Of a DNA stretch of 64,000 nt, positions 37,705 through 50,290 are shown in pieces. Positions within the stretch are counted from its first letter, which is position 1, and every line of letters begins with the position of its first letter. Source of the DNA: Azolla caroliniana (taxonomy: Eukaryota > Plantae > Polypodiophyta); contig JBHGNT010000009.1 of assembly GCA_043228905.1 (NCBI GenBank), positions 16,678,001 to 16,742,000 on the forward strand, read 5' to 3'. The notes beneath the pieces were generated by a model. That model was not told where the DNA came from, searched no databases, and worked only from the letters and a program-made list of their open reading frames with translations. The position numbers and the translations under genes were made by a program.

Positions 37705-39270
37705 TGTTGTTAGAGCTTAGATCTAAAGTAAGCATATGATAAGGATATAATAGATTAATAAGAAAGGAGAGAGAGAAAGAAGGGGACCGATCCACTTGAC
37801 CACCGCTGAGCAAAGGGATCGAGACGGACTCGAGCCTCAATCAGCGTCCCATACCACCGTCGTGGCATCGAGTCATTCTTGGTGCTAGCGCGATCGCTAC
37901 AAGAGTTGACCCACCACAAGAACAGAGTCTCGATGTAGTCAAGAGATAATGCCCGAGATAATGAAATGAGGGTAGCTAGGCCTCATATTTATAGCCAGAA
38001 CTAAGGCCCCCAACAAGTTCACACTTAGCCTAATGGGTTGTCTCAATCCCGAGGATTAAAAGTAATCCTCCCCTTCTTTACACTCTCGTTTAACCCTCAC
38101 TCTTTACCCACGTGTATAGAATACTACGGTACATTCTTACCACGGGATATTATATGGTCATGCTCGTAACATACTCCCTCTCTTTAAAACATTGCACTCT
38201 TGCAATGGAAAGTTAGGGAAGTTAGTTCTAAGAGTATTTTCACGTTCCCATGTGGCATCTTTTATAGACTTATCCATCATTTAATTTTAAATTCTCAGAT
38301 TATTTTAGAACACAATTTTTTTGTTTTAACTTGTAGAATTTTTTTTGGTACATGTGGTTTAGAAGATAATTGTTTAGAAGTAACCAGAGTTTCAATTGTC
38401 ATTGTATTGTCACCAGAACCTAGAAGCTCTTTTAGACAACTTACATGAAAAACCGGATGTATTTCAACACCATCAGGAAGAGCAAGACGATAGGCTGATG
38501 AACCAATGCATTTGAGGACTGTAAAAGTTCCACAAAACCGTGGGGCTAACTTAGCGCACTTACCTGTAGACAATGTCTTAGAATTGTGAGGTACACGTAA
38601 AAATACCTTCTGTCCAGGGTTGAATACACAAGGTTACCTATTATGATAGACATAAAAATGCGCTCTATCTTGAGTTGTTTTTATATTATCTCGTGCAATA
38701 TGCAACATATCTTGCATATCCCGAAGAAAGTTTTGCGTACTTCGCAACTCATCATGATGTATATTAACATCAATCGGGGCTCGTGGATGAAAACCATACA
38801 TCAACATAAAAGGACTATATCTCGTCGACGTATGCTTGATGTTGTTATAAGCAAACTCCAAAATTGGGAGATAACATTCCCATTTTGTTGGTTTTATACC
38901 AACATATGCACGGAGCATGTCCTCAATAATTTGATTTACTCGTTTTGTCTGTCCATTGGATTGAGGATGATCTGTGGAGCTCATGCTCAATGTGGTTTCT
39001 AACTTCTTAAAGACTTGCGTCCAAAAGTCGCTAGTAAACTTTAGATCTCGATCACTCACGATATCCATCGATAACCCATAAAAACGAAATAACTCGTCAA
39101 CAAATTGGTAAGCCAATTCAGAAGCTATTACCGTGGTTTTAGCAACAATAAATCTGGCCATTTTAGTTAGTCTATGAACCACAACCCAGATGGCATCATG
39201 ACCTTTTTGTGTGCGAGGAAGGCTAACAATAAATCCACAGATATACTTTCCCACTTGTAAAAATCCAGCA
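37705..39270 (-). mobile_element. Truncated gypsy chromovirus-like fragment: integrase, degenerate chromodomain, PPT, 3' LTR
   Basis: IN (IVSDRD, HPQSNGQT, HPVFHVS); PPT AAAGAGAGGGAGTA followed by TGTTACGAG at 38171; far end of the LTR approximate. Confidence 0.75.
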
Positions 39271-39691
39271 GCTTTAAGTCATGCTCTCATTAGAACTCTC
39301 GAGAAAACATCGTCACGAAGACATTTGTTATATCACCACTAGTAGGGCTTTCAGCATAGGCTGACCTGGTTTCGTAAGCATATGTATCTGTACACATCAA
39401 AACAACATAGCACCATATCCTCATTGATGAAAATGAAAAACAATACAAATTTGTGCCAATGTTCGAAAAGGCAGAAAATTCCTAATCATTTGCCATCATC
39501 AGTACTCTAAAGAAAACATTACCACGATGCCTTCTATTATATCACCTATTATATTACCACTACTTAGGGTTTTGTAGACTCGAAAAAAGGATATCAATTC
39601 CATGTTTTTTCTTTCTGTTAGAAGCTATCATTATAAGTTATAACCATGTTGCTCATTAGGAATGAAACCATGTAAACAGATAGCATGATGG

Positions 39692-40396
39692 TGTTAGATA
39701 TAATCAATGATTAGCCTGAAGTTGTAAATCTATCCCCATATGTGCTCTTCGAGTGCACATTTTGTGATAGTGCCCCAAATGAGGAGTGGCTAGTGTGCAA
39801 CTCGACCATATGGGTTGATAAGGTGTTAATCTAGGAAACCGTACATGTGTAGGACACAATGTATTTAGGAAAGAGCGAAACGGGTAATAGGATTGGCTAA
39901 TCAAGTCAACTAGAATATTTTGTGGGCAAGTTACGATGTACTTAGTCTTGAAGTATGTGCCATTGACTTCAAGATAAGTACTATCTAGCATAGGCCTATA
40001 TCTAGGGAATTGGGTCATATTAAATGACAAGTCAGTTAACAGAAAAGGAATATCTCCACTACTATCAACTGACTTGCACATTTAATGTTATACTCAGACC
40101 AAACATAGAATATAATCCATTTTCTTACATAGTGGTTGGATTGTTCATCAGTCCCCACTAATTTTGTAGCGAGTTGGTCCATATCTTATCTAAGCTCTAA
40201 GGTGTGAGCGCATGGGTAAACTACCATTGTGAGCTACTCTCATATGTAATAGAAGTTTTGTTCTCATATATCCATCTCTGTAATTGTAACTCTATATACC
40301 TATCTAATCGATTCTCAATATTTCTAACATGGTATCAGAGCAAGGTTGATCTAGATTAGGTGTATATGGGTAGTTTTTGTCTAGCAGCACAGAGAA

Positions 40397-40431
<35 letters not shown>

Positions 40432-43400
40432 CAATGGCCTTGTCCACGAATGTTGCAGCTACTCCACTGTGCATTCGCCCACCTCCATTGTCTGATGGAA
40501 AGCTATATGGAACCAACTACACTCTATGGAAGTTCAAAATGTGTGCCATTTTGGACTCCTACGAGTTGTTGGAGACAATCATGGGACCCACAGGAGGAGA
40601 CCTTGAGCCCATGGCGACATTTGACCCTACACACCCTACCATATCAATCCCTCCAAATGTTGATCTACTTCGAGCCTGGAAGAGAAGGAATGTTGATGCG
40701 TTTTGTACCATAGTCACTGGTGTATGTGACTCTATACTGACATTAGTGCAACATACAACCAGGGCACATGAAGCTTGGAGCATATTGGCCAGCCAGTATG
40801 AAACCAGAAATTATACAAGGATACAGAACCTCGAAAATCAGCTTGCTATAGAGAAGCTCGCTGATGGAGAGAAAGTAGAATCCTTTGTAAAAAGGATGAA
40901 GGATCTTCAAGATCAGCTGTCGGCTATTGGAGTAGCTGTCTCTCTAGAGGATATGGCTCGTCGGTGCATTCAAGTACTTCCTTTCAAGTATGATGGCATT
41001 GTGATAGCATTGAACACTCAGGTTCGACCCACTCCTTTAAATTTTGATTAACTAAGTGCAATGTTGCTTGAAGAGGAGCTTCAGTTGAAGACAAGAGAAG
41101 GAAGGGAAGATTCGGCATTTGTCTCTAGGACTAAGGGTAAAGGGGCATCCAATTCAAACAATGCGAATAGGATACCAAAGAAGAAGAAGTTCAATTGATC
41201 ATGTTTCTACTATGACAAGAAGGGTCACACAATCAAGGATTGTCAGAAGAAGATGGCGGACGAGAAGAATGGTTCTAGTAAGACTTCTTGGAGAGAGCCT
41301 GAGTCTGCCAACAATGTCGTAGATGAGCTTGAGTTATGGGTCGCAACTGAAGAAGTGTGTTCTTCAGTTGACACTCAAGTTGTTGACAACTCTTGGATTC
41401 TCGATGGTGAAGCGTCCCGACATATGACCAGTAATTGTGACTGGTACAACTCTTGGACACCTCTACAAGAGCCCATCAATGTTGTGGTCGAGAACAATGC
41501 TCGATGTCCAGCCAAAGGAACCGGAACCGTCTCCCTCAAAGCAACGACTGGCGGGACAAAGCATCTCTCTCAAGTGTTGTATGTGCCAGATCTCAAGAAG
41601 AATCTATTTTCCATTTTTGCACTGACCGACAAGGGTCTTGATGTTTGATTCAAGAAGTCAGGTGCAGAAATAACAGATTCCGCTGGCAAGGTTGTAGGAA
41701 TAGGGGTAAGGCGCAACAATCTTTATGAGCTCAACGCATTTACGATTTCTACTGACCACAACAGAAGTACTAACACAAAGCAATGGCATGAGAGATTTGG
41801 GCATCTCAATGTTGTTGTGTTGAAGGAGATGAAGAAGTCAAATATGGTAGTTGGGTTACCATCCCTATCTGACTTAAGTCATGTTTGTGATGCTTGTATG
41901 ATGGGCAAGCATCAAAGATCAACCATTCCAAAAGAGAGTCAAAATCGGACAAAGACTCCTCTACTGCTAATACACATCGACCTCTCTGGAAAATTGGTGA
42001 CTCCTGCAATGGGTGGATCTCTCTACTATATGCTACTAGTTGACGACTTCAATAGAAAGATGTGGCTTTACTTCCTTTGGGAGAAGGCTGAAGCTTTTAG
42101 AATCTTCAAAAGATAGCATAAGTTTGTCGAGCGAGAGTCCAGAAAGTTAATGAAGGAGTTACGCTCTGATCGAGGTGGAGAATTCTTATCAATAGAATTC
42201 TATGAGTATTGCAAAGAGCATGGAATTAAGCGCCAACTTACAACTGCCTACACCCCACAACAAAATGGTGTTGTTGAACGTTGAAACTGAATAGTTGTCG
42301 AGATGGCTAGGTGTATGTTGAAGGCACAAGTGTTGCCTGACCCATTCTGGGCTGAAGCAGTGAATACAACAGTTTACATCCTCAATCAGAGCTACACGAA
42401 GGCACTTCAAGGGAAAGCACCCCAAGAAGCTTATTTAGGCAAGAAACCTTCAGTGTTGCACTTCAGAACCTTTGGGTGTACGTGCTACGCACATGTTCCA
42501 GATGTGAGCAGAAAGAAGTTGGATGCTAAAAGCAAGAGTTGTATCTTTCTTGGATATAGTGAAGAGTCAAAGGCCTATCGACTCTACGATCCAAAGGCAA
42601 GAAAGATATTGACAAGCCGCAATGTGGTGTTTGATGAGGAGTGACCACAACTAGCTGAGAACAACGATTCTCAAGTTACCTCATCAACCGAAGAAGTATT
42701 CCACCCAATCCCAACCCACTATCCAAAAAAGGAAGCTGAACCATCTTATGGTAATGGCTCGCTAGTTCAGCCTATGCCAGTCCCACATGTAAAGAAAATA
42801 CCTAAGTGGGCTCTACAACTCTTCAATGACCGTACTCCTAAAGCTGAGTTTCCTGAAACTTCAACTAATGGATTACGAAGATCAAGAAGAATACAGGAGC
42901 AAGGGAGAACCTCTAACCACATTGTCAACATGGCTCTGATGGTGGATATCATAGGTACAGTGAGTGAGCCGACCTCGGTGGAGGAAGCCATGGCCGACCC
43001 GAAGTGGAAAGAGGTGATGATATCAAAATACGATAACATCATGAAAAATGACACATGGGAGATGGTAGAGAGGCCAACAAAGAGGAAGGTGATAGGCACC
43101 AAGTGGGTGTGGAAAGTAAAGTATAAAGCTGATGGTTCTTTGGAGAAATTCAAGGCTAGGCTAGTGGCACAAGGATACTCCCAAATTGAAGGGTTCGATG
43201 TACAAGAAACATTTGCCCCGATAGCTTGTATGACAACAATTCGAATGGTCATAGCATTGGCTGCTTCAAGAGGATGGCCGATTTATCAAATGGATGTCAA
43301 ATCGGCATTTCTGAATGGGCATCTCAAGGAGGATGTATACGTGACACAACCACCAGGGTTTGAGATGCCGAATTCAGAAAACAAAGTCTGTAAGCTGAAG

Positions 43401-45160
43401 AAGGCGTTGTATGGTCTAAAGCAAGCACCAAGAGCTTAGAACAAGAGGATAGACAGCTTCTTATGTTCAATCAACTTTAAGCAATGTGCTTCGGATGCAA
43501 GTATGTATGTCAAAATGAAGGACGGGAAACAAGTCATCATCATCATTTACATGGATGATCTAGTACTTACTGGTGACCATGAAGAGTGTATTGGCCAAAC
43601 ACAAGATTGTTTGAAAACTGAGTTTGAAATGACAGACTTGGGGATTCTACACTACTTCCTTGGAATTGAGGTTTGGCAAACCTCAGTTGGTATCTTCATG
43701 TCACAAAGAAAGTATGCAACAAAGACCTTGAAGACCTTTGGAATGATGGACAGCAAGTCGAAGTCAACTCCAATGGAGTCAAACTGCAAGCTATCCCAAT
43801 AAGACCCGTCACCAATGGTTGACATAAGGAAGTATAGACAGCTAGTAGGAAGTTTAATTTTCCTATGCAACACTAGGCCAGATATCTGTTTTGCAGTCAA
43901 TGTGGTGAGTTGATTCAACAACGAACTGAAGGAGACTCATTGGAAAGTTGCACTATGTGTATTAAAGTACATTGTAGGTACTTTAAATTACGGAATCTTC
44001 TACAAGCCAACAATTGACGAACATAGTGGGTATTGCGACTCTAAGTGGGTTGGAGATAGTGATTCCAGAAAATCAGTTTCTGGATATTGCTTTTCAATAG
44101 GCTCTGGAGTTGTTTCATGGAGTAGTAAAAAACAACCAACAGTGGCACTATCTTCAATGGAGGCAGAATACAAAGCAGCATGCATAGTGGCATGCGAGGT
44201 AGTTTGGCTAAGAAGAATCCTTATGGATGTGGCAGTTCCAATAAGGACGACAACGGTATTGAGGTGTGACAATCAGAGTTGCATGGCCATTGCCAAGAAC
44301 CCCGTATTTCATGCACGTACTAAACACATAGAGATTCAATATCACTATGTGCGGGAGCTAATAAATGATGAGATTGTGGAGCTTGAGTATTGTCGGACAT
44401 CAGAAAATGTTGCGGATATCTTCACAGAGGCGCTTGGAGCAAAACAACTACAACAACACCTTCGACGACTAGGAGTTGGCCCAATACCAAGTGAACTCAA
44501 TGGGTTGATCATTGAGGGGGCGTGTTAGATATAATCAATGATCAGCCTGAAGTTGTAAATCTATCCCTATATGTGCTCTTCGAGTGCACATTTTGTGATA
44601 GCGCGCCAAATGAGGAGTGGCTAGTGTGCAACTCGACCATATGGATTGATAGGGTGTTAATCTAGGAAACCGTACATGTGTAGGACACAATGTATTTAGG
44701 AAAGAGCAAAACGGGTAATAGGATTGGCTAATCAAGTCAACTAGAATATTTTGTGGGCAAGTTACGATGTACTTAGTCTTGAAGTATGTGCCATTGACTT
44801 CAAGATAAGTACTATCTAGCACAGGCCTATATCTAGGGAATTGGGTCATATTAAATGACAAGTCAGTTAACAGAAAAGGAATATCTCCACTACTATCAAC
44901 TGACTTGCACATTTAATGTTATACTCAGACCAAACATAGAATATAATCCATTTTCTTACACAGTGGTTGGATTGATCATCAATCCCCACTAATTTTGTAG
45001 TGAGTTGGTCCATATCCTATCTAAACTCTAAGGTGTGAGCGTATGGGTAAACTACCATTGTGAGCTACTCTCATATGTAATAGAAGTTTTGTTCTCATAT
45101 ATCCATCTTTGTAATTGTAACTCTATATACCTATCTAATCGATTCTCAATATTTCTAACA
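39692..45160 (+). mobile_element. Full-length decayed Ty1/copia retrotransposon
   Basis: 638-bp LTRs 39692-40329 and 44523-45160; TSD GATGG; PBS TGGTATCAGAGC at 40330; PPT before 44523; gag-PR-IN-RT-RH (40434-44528) with multiple stops. Confidence 0.96.
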
Positions 45161-45474
45161 GATGGAACATCATATAATTATTTAACAGATGTTAGGGCTT
45201 CATAAAGAAAAAGAGTAAAGAATCCCTAAGATTTTACTTGTTAAGGTACCATATAGAACTAGGATGCCTGTTGATCATGAATCAAACCTTGTAAACAGAT
45301 GATATGAAGAGATGGCAGTAAGTAATTTCCAAGTATGTTAGCCACAAGTTAGAATTTCCAACTACCAACTACCAAACAGTAAACATTTTTGTTCTTTATC
45401 TTAAAACATAAAAACTAGGAGGTAGTCTCGTGATACATGAAACGAACACAGATATAAAAGGCTCATTTTTTATA

Positions 45475-45787
45475 GGGAAATGTACCAGGATACCCTTGGA
45501 AGTTCGTCTATTTACCACAATGCCCCGAGAAGTTCCAAATTTACCAAACTACCCTTATGTCCAAAACATTACACTTTATAAAATAATTATACACTCAAAT
45601 CTTTGGTAAATAAGGCTAGTTCGGGTCCATTTCTACCATCTTTGGTAAATAGGGCTTGTAGATTTGAGTGTATAATTACTTCATAAAGTGTAATTTTTTG
45701 GACATAAGGGTAGTTTGGTAAATTTGGAACGTCTAGGGGCATTCTGGTAAATAGACGAACTTCCAGGGGTATCTTGGTACTTTTCCC
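45475..45787. mobile_element. Mutator-type MITE (313 bp)
   Basis: About 128-bp imperfect TIRs with GGGAAA...TTTCCC ends; 9-bp TSD TTTTTTATA (45466-45474, 45788-45796). Confidence 0.92.
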
Positions 45788-46929
45788 TTTTTTATAATAT
45801 CTTCGGATTGCAGAACATAGGAACAAGAAACAACTAAAGAATCATAACCATACGAAGCATGATCATGGATTAGGGTTTCATGATAAGACGACTAAAACAC
45901 AGTAAAATGGTCCATCTCCAGATTCGTAGAAGCACGATTTGGTTTCTTTTCATCTTCTTCAGAGATCAGATTTCAAAGGAACAGTAAGCGTGCAGATCGT
46001 GAATCCAGAGACTGAGATACGGAGGATCCTAGCGATGCAGAAGAAACAGAAGAACGAAAATCAGCGCTGGCGGATTGCAGATGCGTCAGAGTTCTTCGTC
46101 TTCTTCTTCTCCTTGTTTTCTATGAGAGAGGGGTAATGTCTTTTGGAATGGCTGATTCCACCGACTTCAGAGACGACCTTATGATCTTTCCGCTTCTTCT
46201 TCTTCTGAGGGAAAAGCTTGGAGAGGCTCCAACTTTCCACGCATCGCGAGAATCCATGGCGATTGGTTCACATTCTCGATCGATCTTGCATCCATCTATT
46301 CTATGCAAGGGAAAAAAAGTTACTTTATAACATCGTGCCTCTGTAGTAAACTGCTGCTGGATATACATTGATCATTCACATACCTCACGCTCATGAATCA
46401 CAAGAAGCCATGGTGATTCCCAATCATTAACATCTTTTGCATTCTTCCAAGAATCATGTGTGTGATAAACTCTGTAGTAAGGCAACTTGTGACCCGATTT
46501 CCCCTCCATCAGACCCATCATAGTCTATATTTTATTGTGCCAATCACATGTCATTACTCCATTGGAGGGTCAGATGCACAACTAGATTTCAGAGAATTGT
46601 ATGAAACTAGTTTTCTGATAGCGTTAGATGAATTGCAGGCTTATATGCATTGATTTGACCTTATTTCCGATGATAGATGCATAGAACATTTAATAAATGG
46701 GTGAATGAGATGTGCCATGCATCTTTAAAGCTACTCCAACAAGCTATTCAGACTGGCATTTCCCATGTCGAATGCATTTGTGTCACATCCACATGGATTT
46801 TACAGATAACTCCAAATAATCGAGTTAAAACTCTAGTTTTCCTAAGAATTATGTTTGTCTTTAAACAAAATTGCAAGAGAACTTGATTTAATGGAGCTAA
46901 AAACTGTATTTATTCAAAGGAATAATTGA

Positions 46930-47260
46930 TCAAACCTCCATTTTAACCCAGAGTCACTATACACATTGGATCAAATTCTTGCTTTTTGACCTTGAATTCT
47001 AATGATTGGAACTCAAGTCTTCAAACGAATTTAGCTGAGAATTAATCAATATAAGTTTGACCATCAAATGGTCCACTTAGATTAAGGCCTGATTAGCAAA
47101 CCCTCTATTTTGACCCAGAGTCAATATATGCATAGGACCAAGTTCCTGCTTCTTGACTTTATTGGAACTTAAGTCTTCGAAAAACTTTAGCTAGGAAAAA
47201 TAAGCAATATAAGTTGATAATCAAATGGTTTAGTTAGATTAAGGGGTGATTAGCATAGCA
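46930..47260. repeat. Degenerate tandem duplication (~167-bp unit) downstream of the PPR gene
   Basis: ACCCAGAGTCA...TTGGAACT.AAGTCTTC...TCAAATGGT...TTAGATTAAGG occurs twice. Confidence 0.7.
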
Positions 47261-47430
47261 AAAGAGTTCATTAGGATGGTGGTAGTCACAATAGGGTCCA
47301 ATTACTTTTAAGATAGAAAGCCATCAGTTTTAATATGAGAACTATGTTCAGTGGGCCTCATCACTCTTTCAAAAGAATCGTCATATATGAATACATTATA
47401 TGAATGTCAAACTTACATGAATATATCATT

Positions 47431-49650
47431 TTATGAATTACTTCCACACTCAAGGTTCATGCTACAGATATTACTCATGTAGATGTATGTTGTAGCATTT
47501 CCTTCATCCAATTGTATCGCATGCTGAAATGCCACTTTTCCCAATTCCAAGTTCCCCCACTTTTGACAAGAACCCAACAAAGATGCCCATAGTGGAAGAT
47601 AATCCAAGTTAGGCAACTTTGCAATCACCTCTGCAGCCTCGTGAAAACGTCCAGCTCTGCCAAAAAGATCGACTATACAAGCGTGGTGCTCTAAACTTGG
47701 TATAACACCATATCTCATACTCATGATCTCAAAATACATTTGACCCTTCTCCAGTAAACCTTGATGACTACATGCATTAAGTATAACATTAAATGTGACC
47801 ACATTTGGCTCTATACCTTCTGATACCATTTTGTTAAATAAGTCGTTAACGATTTTTTCCTCTCCCATTTGAGCATATCCAGTCATAAGTGTTGTCCACG
47901 AGACTACATCACGAGCCCATCCAAGCTCATTGAATACTTCTTGCGCTTTTGCAAGGATACCACATTTTGCATACATATCCACTAATGCATTGCCAACTGA
48001 AATGTCTCCATCTAGAAGACCCTTCTTGATAATTAGAAAATGTATTTCTTTACCCTTTTCGATGGCTCCTAAGATACCACATGCTTTCAAGATGGATCGA
48101 AATGTAAATGCATCCGGGAAGAGACCATCATTTTGCATTAGTCCGAAATAGCATAATGCTTTCTCCTCATATCCATGTTCAACATAGCCAGCAATAAGGA
48201 GACCCCAACATCGTACATTTCTATCTTGAATATTATTGAAAACTGATTCTGCTTCAAAAAGGGCACCACATTTTGCATACATGTCAATCAATGCGTTTCC
48301 AACCAAATAATCCTTCTCGAACGATCCTTCTTTAATTAGTTTGGTGTGTATAGATTTGCCATTGTGAATCACCCCTACGTTTCCACATGATTTTAATACA
48401 GAGATAAAGGTAAATGCATCTGGAGAAACACCCTCATTTTGCATTTTTTTGAAATTGAACAATGCTTCTTCATCATACCCATGATGAACATATCCAGTTA
48501 TTAATACTGTCCATGAGACGAGGTTCTTTGATTGGATTGAATTAAACACTTCTTGTGCTTTTACAAGCAGCCCACAATTGGCATACATTTCAACTAGGCC
48601 ACTGCTAAGCATAACATTGCTTTCCAACAAGTTTTCTCTTATCATCTTGTTATGCATTTCTTCACCTTTGTCTATGGCTCCAATGCTACCACATGCTTTT
48701 AAGACGCAAAACAATGTGACTACAGTTGGGATGATACCCTCCTTTTGCATATGTTCAAAGCAATTCAAAGCTTCCCAACCCAATCCATTTTGGGCATATC
48801 CTGAAATTAATGCAGTCCAAGAAACCACATCATGGACTTGTATCATATTGAATACCTTCGTTGCTTCCATAAGAGATCCACATTTTGCATAAGCATCTAC
48901 TAATACACTGGCAACCAGAACATCACTTTCCAATAACAAACCATCCCCAACAATTCTCGCATGAATTTCTTTGATTTTTTCAACTAACCATACGCTCCCA
49001 CAAGCTTTCAACACACAAACAAACGTGAATGAATTTGGACAGATTCCTTCACAATACATCCGATCAAGCCCAAGAATTCCTTTCAAACAATCTCCATGTT
49101 GGGTGTGTCCAGACATCAAAGCTGTCCAGGAAATCACATCTCGGGTTTGGATCTCATCAAACACTTCTTGTGCTTTTGCAATTTCACCACATTTAGCATA
49201 CATATCAACTAATGAGTTCTTAGTAGAAACACGTTGATCAACTAGTCCTCTAGCCATGTGAGAATGTATCTCTTGGCCTTTATCAATGGTGCCTATGTTA
49301 CTACATGCTTTCAGAGTGCAAACAAAAGTGACTACATTTGGATGGATTCCTTCTAGTCCCATCTTTTCAAAACAATTAATGGCATCTATACTGTGTCCAT
49401 AGTTTGCGTAACCCATGATAAGGGTACTCCAAGTGACAACATTCCGGATTGGAAGTTGCTCGAATACTTCTTGTGCTCGTGTGAGTAAGCCACATTTGGC
49501 ATATAAACCGACCAAAGCACTACCTATATATATGTCTTTTCGAAGAAAACCTTTCTGAAGAATGTGATCATGTATTTGGATACCTTTGCATAGATCCTTC
49601 CGCTTGGAGCAAGCAATAAGCAATGCTACAATAGACTTAGGTGTGAGCAT
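47431..49650 (-). CDS. PLS-class pentatricopeptide repeat protein with E domain and no DYW domain (organellar RNA-editing factor family)
   Basis: 739-aa intact ORF with repeated P-L-S triplets (VVSWTALI.GY, FVCVLKACG, LVDMYAKCG) followed by HHACIVDLFGRAG and an E motif (WASLLGSC). Confidence 0.93.
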   Translation of the reverse strand: MLTPKSIVALLIACSKRKDLCKGIQIHDHILQKGFLRKDIYIGSALVGLYAKCGLLTRAQEVFEQLPIRNVVTWSTLIMGYANYGHSIDAINCFEKMGLEGIHPNVVTFVCTLKACSNIGTIDKGQEIHSHMARGLVDQRVSTKNSLVDMYAKCGEIAKAQEVFDEIQTRDVISWTALMSGHTQHGDCLKGILGLDRMYCEGICPNSFTFVCVLKACGSVWLVEKIKEIHARIVGDGLLLESDVLVASVLVDAYAKCGSLMEATKVFNMIQVHDVVSWTALISGYAQNGLGWEALNCFEHMQKEGIIPTVVTLFCVLKACGSIGAIDKGEEMHNKMIRENLLESNVMLSSGLVEMYANCGLLVKAQEVFNSIQSKNLVSWTVLITGYVHHGYDEEALFNFKKMQNEGVSPDAFTFISVLKSCGNVGVIHNGKSIHTKLIKEGSFEKDYLVGNALIDMYAKCGALFEAESVFNNIQDRNVRCWGLLIAGYVEHGYEEKALCYFGLMQNDGLFPDAFTFRSILKACGILGAIEKGKEIHFLIIKKGLLDGDISVGNALVDMYAKCGILAKAQEVFNELGWARDVVSWTTLMTGYAQMGEEKIVNDLFNKMVSEGIEPNVVTFNVILNACSHQGLLEKGQMYFEIMSMRYGVIPSLEHHACIVDLFGRAGRFHEAAEVIAKLPNLDYLPLWASLLGSCQKWGNLELGKVAFQHAIQLDEGNATTYIYMSNICSMNLECGSNS

Positions 49651-50290
49651 TACCTGCCTAATCCTCTATTTTGTCATTCATCAGCCCGCCCTAATCTTTG
49701 TTAAACAGGAAAAAATACGGATCAGGGTTCTGGTTTCCTGATTCCACGCGAGAGGATCCTTGAAATGCTCTGCCCAGATAAATCCCATGGATCCTCTGAC
49801 GTGTTTAACCAATATAAGAAAAGCAATACACGTATTCATGGCCGTTTCATTGATGGGCAATATGTTTTCCATGGCTCAAACAGTTGAAGACTGTGGAGGA
49901 TGATCTGGAAGATGGAAATCTAAAAGAGAGATAGATTAAACAGTATGTAAGAATAGAGGCCATCAATATACTGCATAAATAGGAACCCCGCAATGCTCTC
50001 CTAGTGTTCTTTTCCTATATTTCCCCGGAATTCCCCTAATGTTCTTCTTCCTAACCCTGCATGTTTCCCCCGGATGGATAGTAAACATGGAAGATTTGAG
50101 TTTTGTACAATATATGCTCAAACAGCCCATATAATTGAGCAAAAAAAGGGATGCCTTAAAACCATATAATTGCTCAAATTGGAGATTTTAGTGAGAGGGG
50201 ATCGATCCAGCACAAGCTTTTGGGCAAATAATAAAATCATTATGGCGCACTATTATGGATCGAACTAATGATGCGCAAAAGAGCGAGAGA

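Noticed and set aside
45900-46370. Possible 5' exon or promoter of a host gene
   Set aside because: CTT/GAA-rich with short ORFs, but no recognisable domain or consistent splice model
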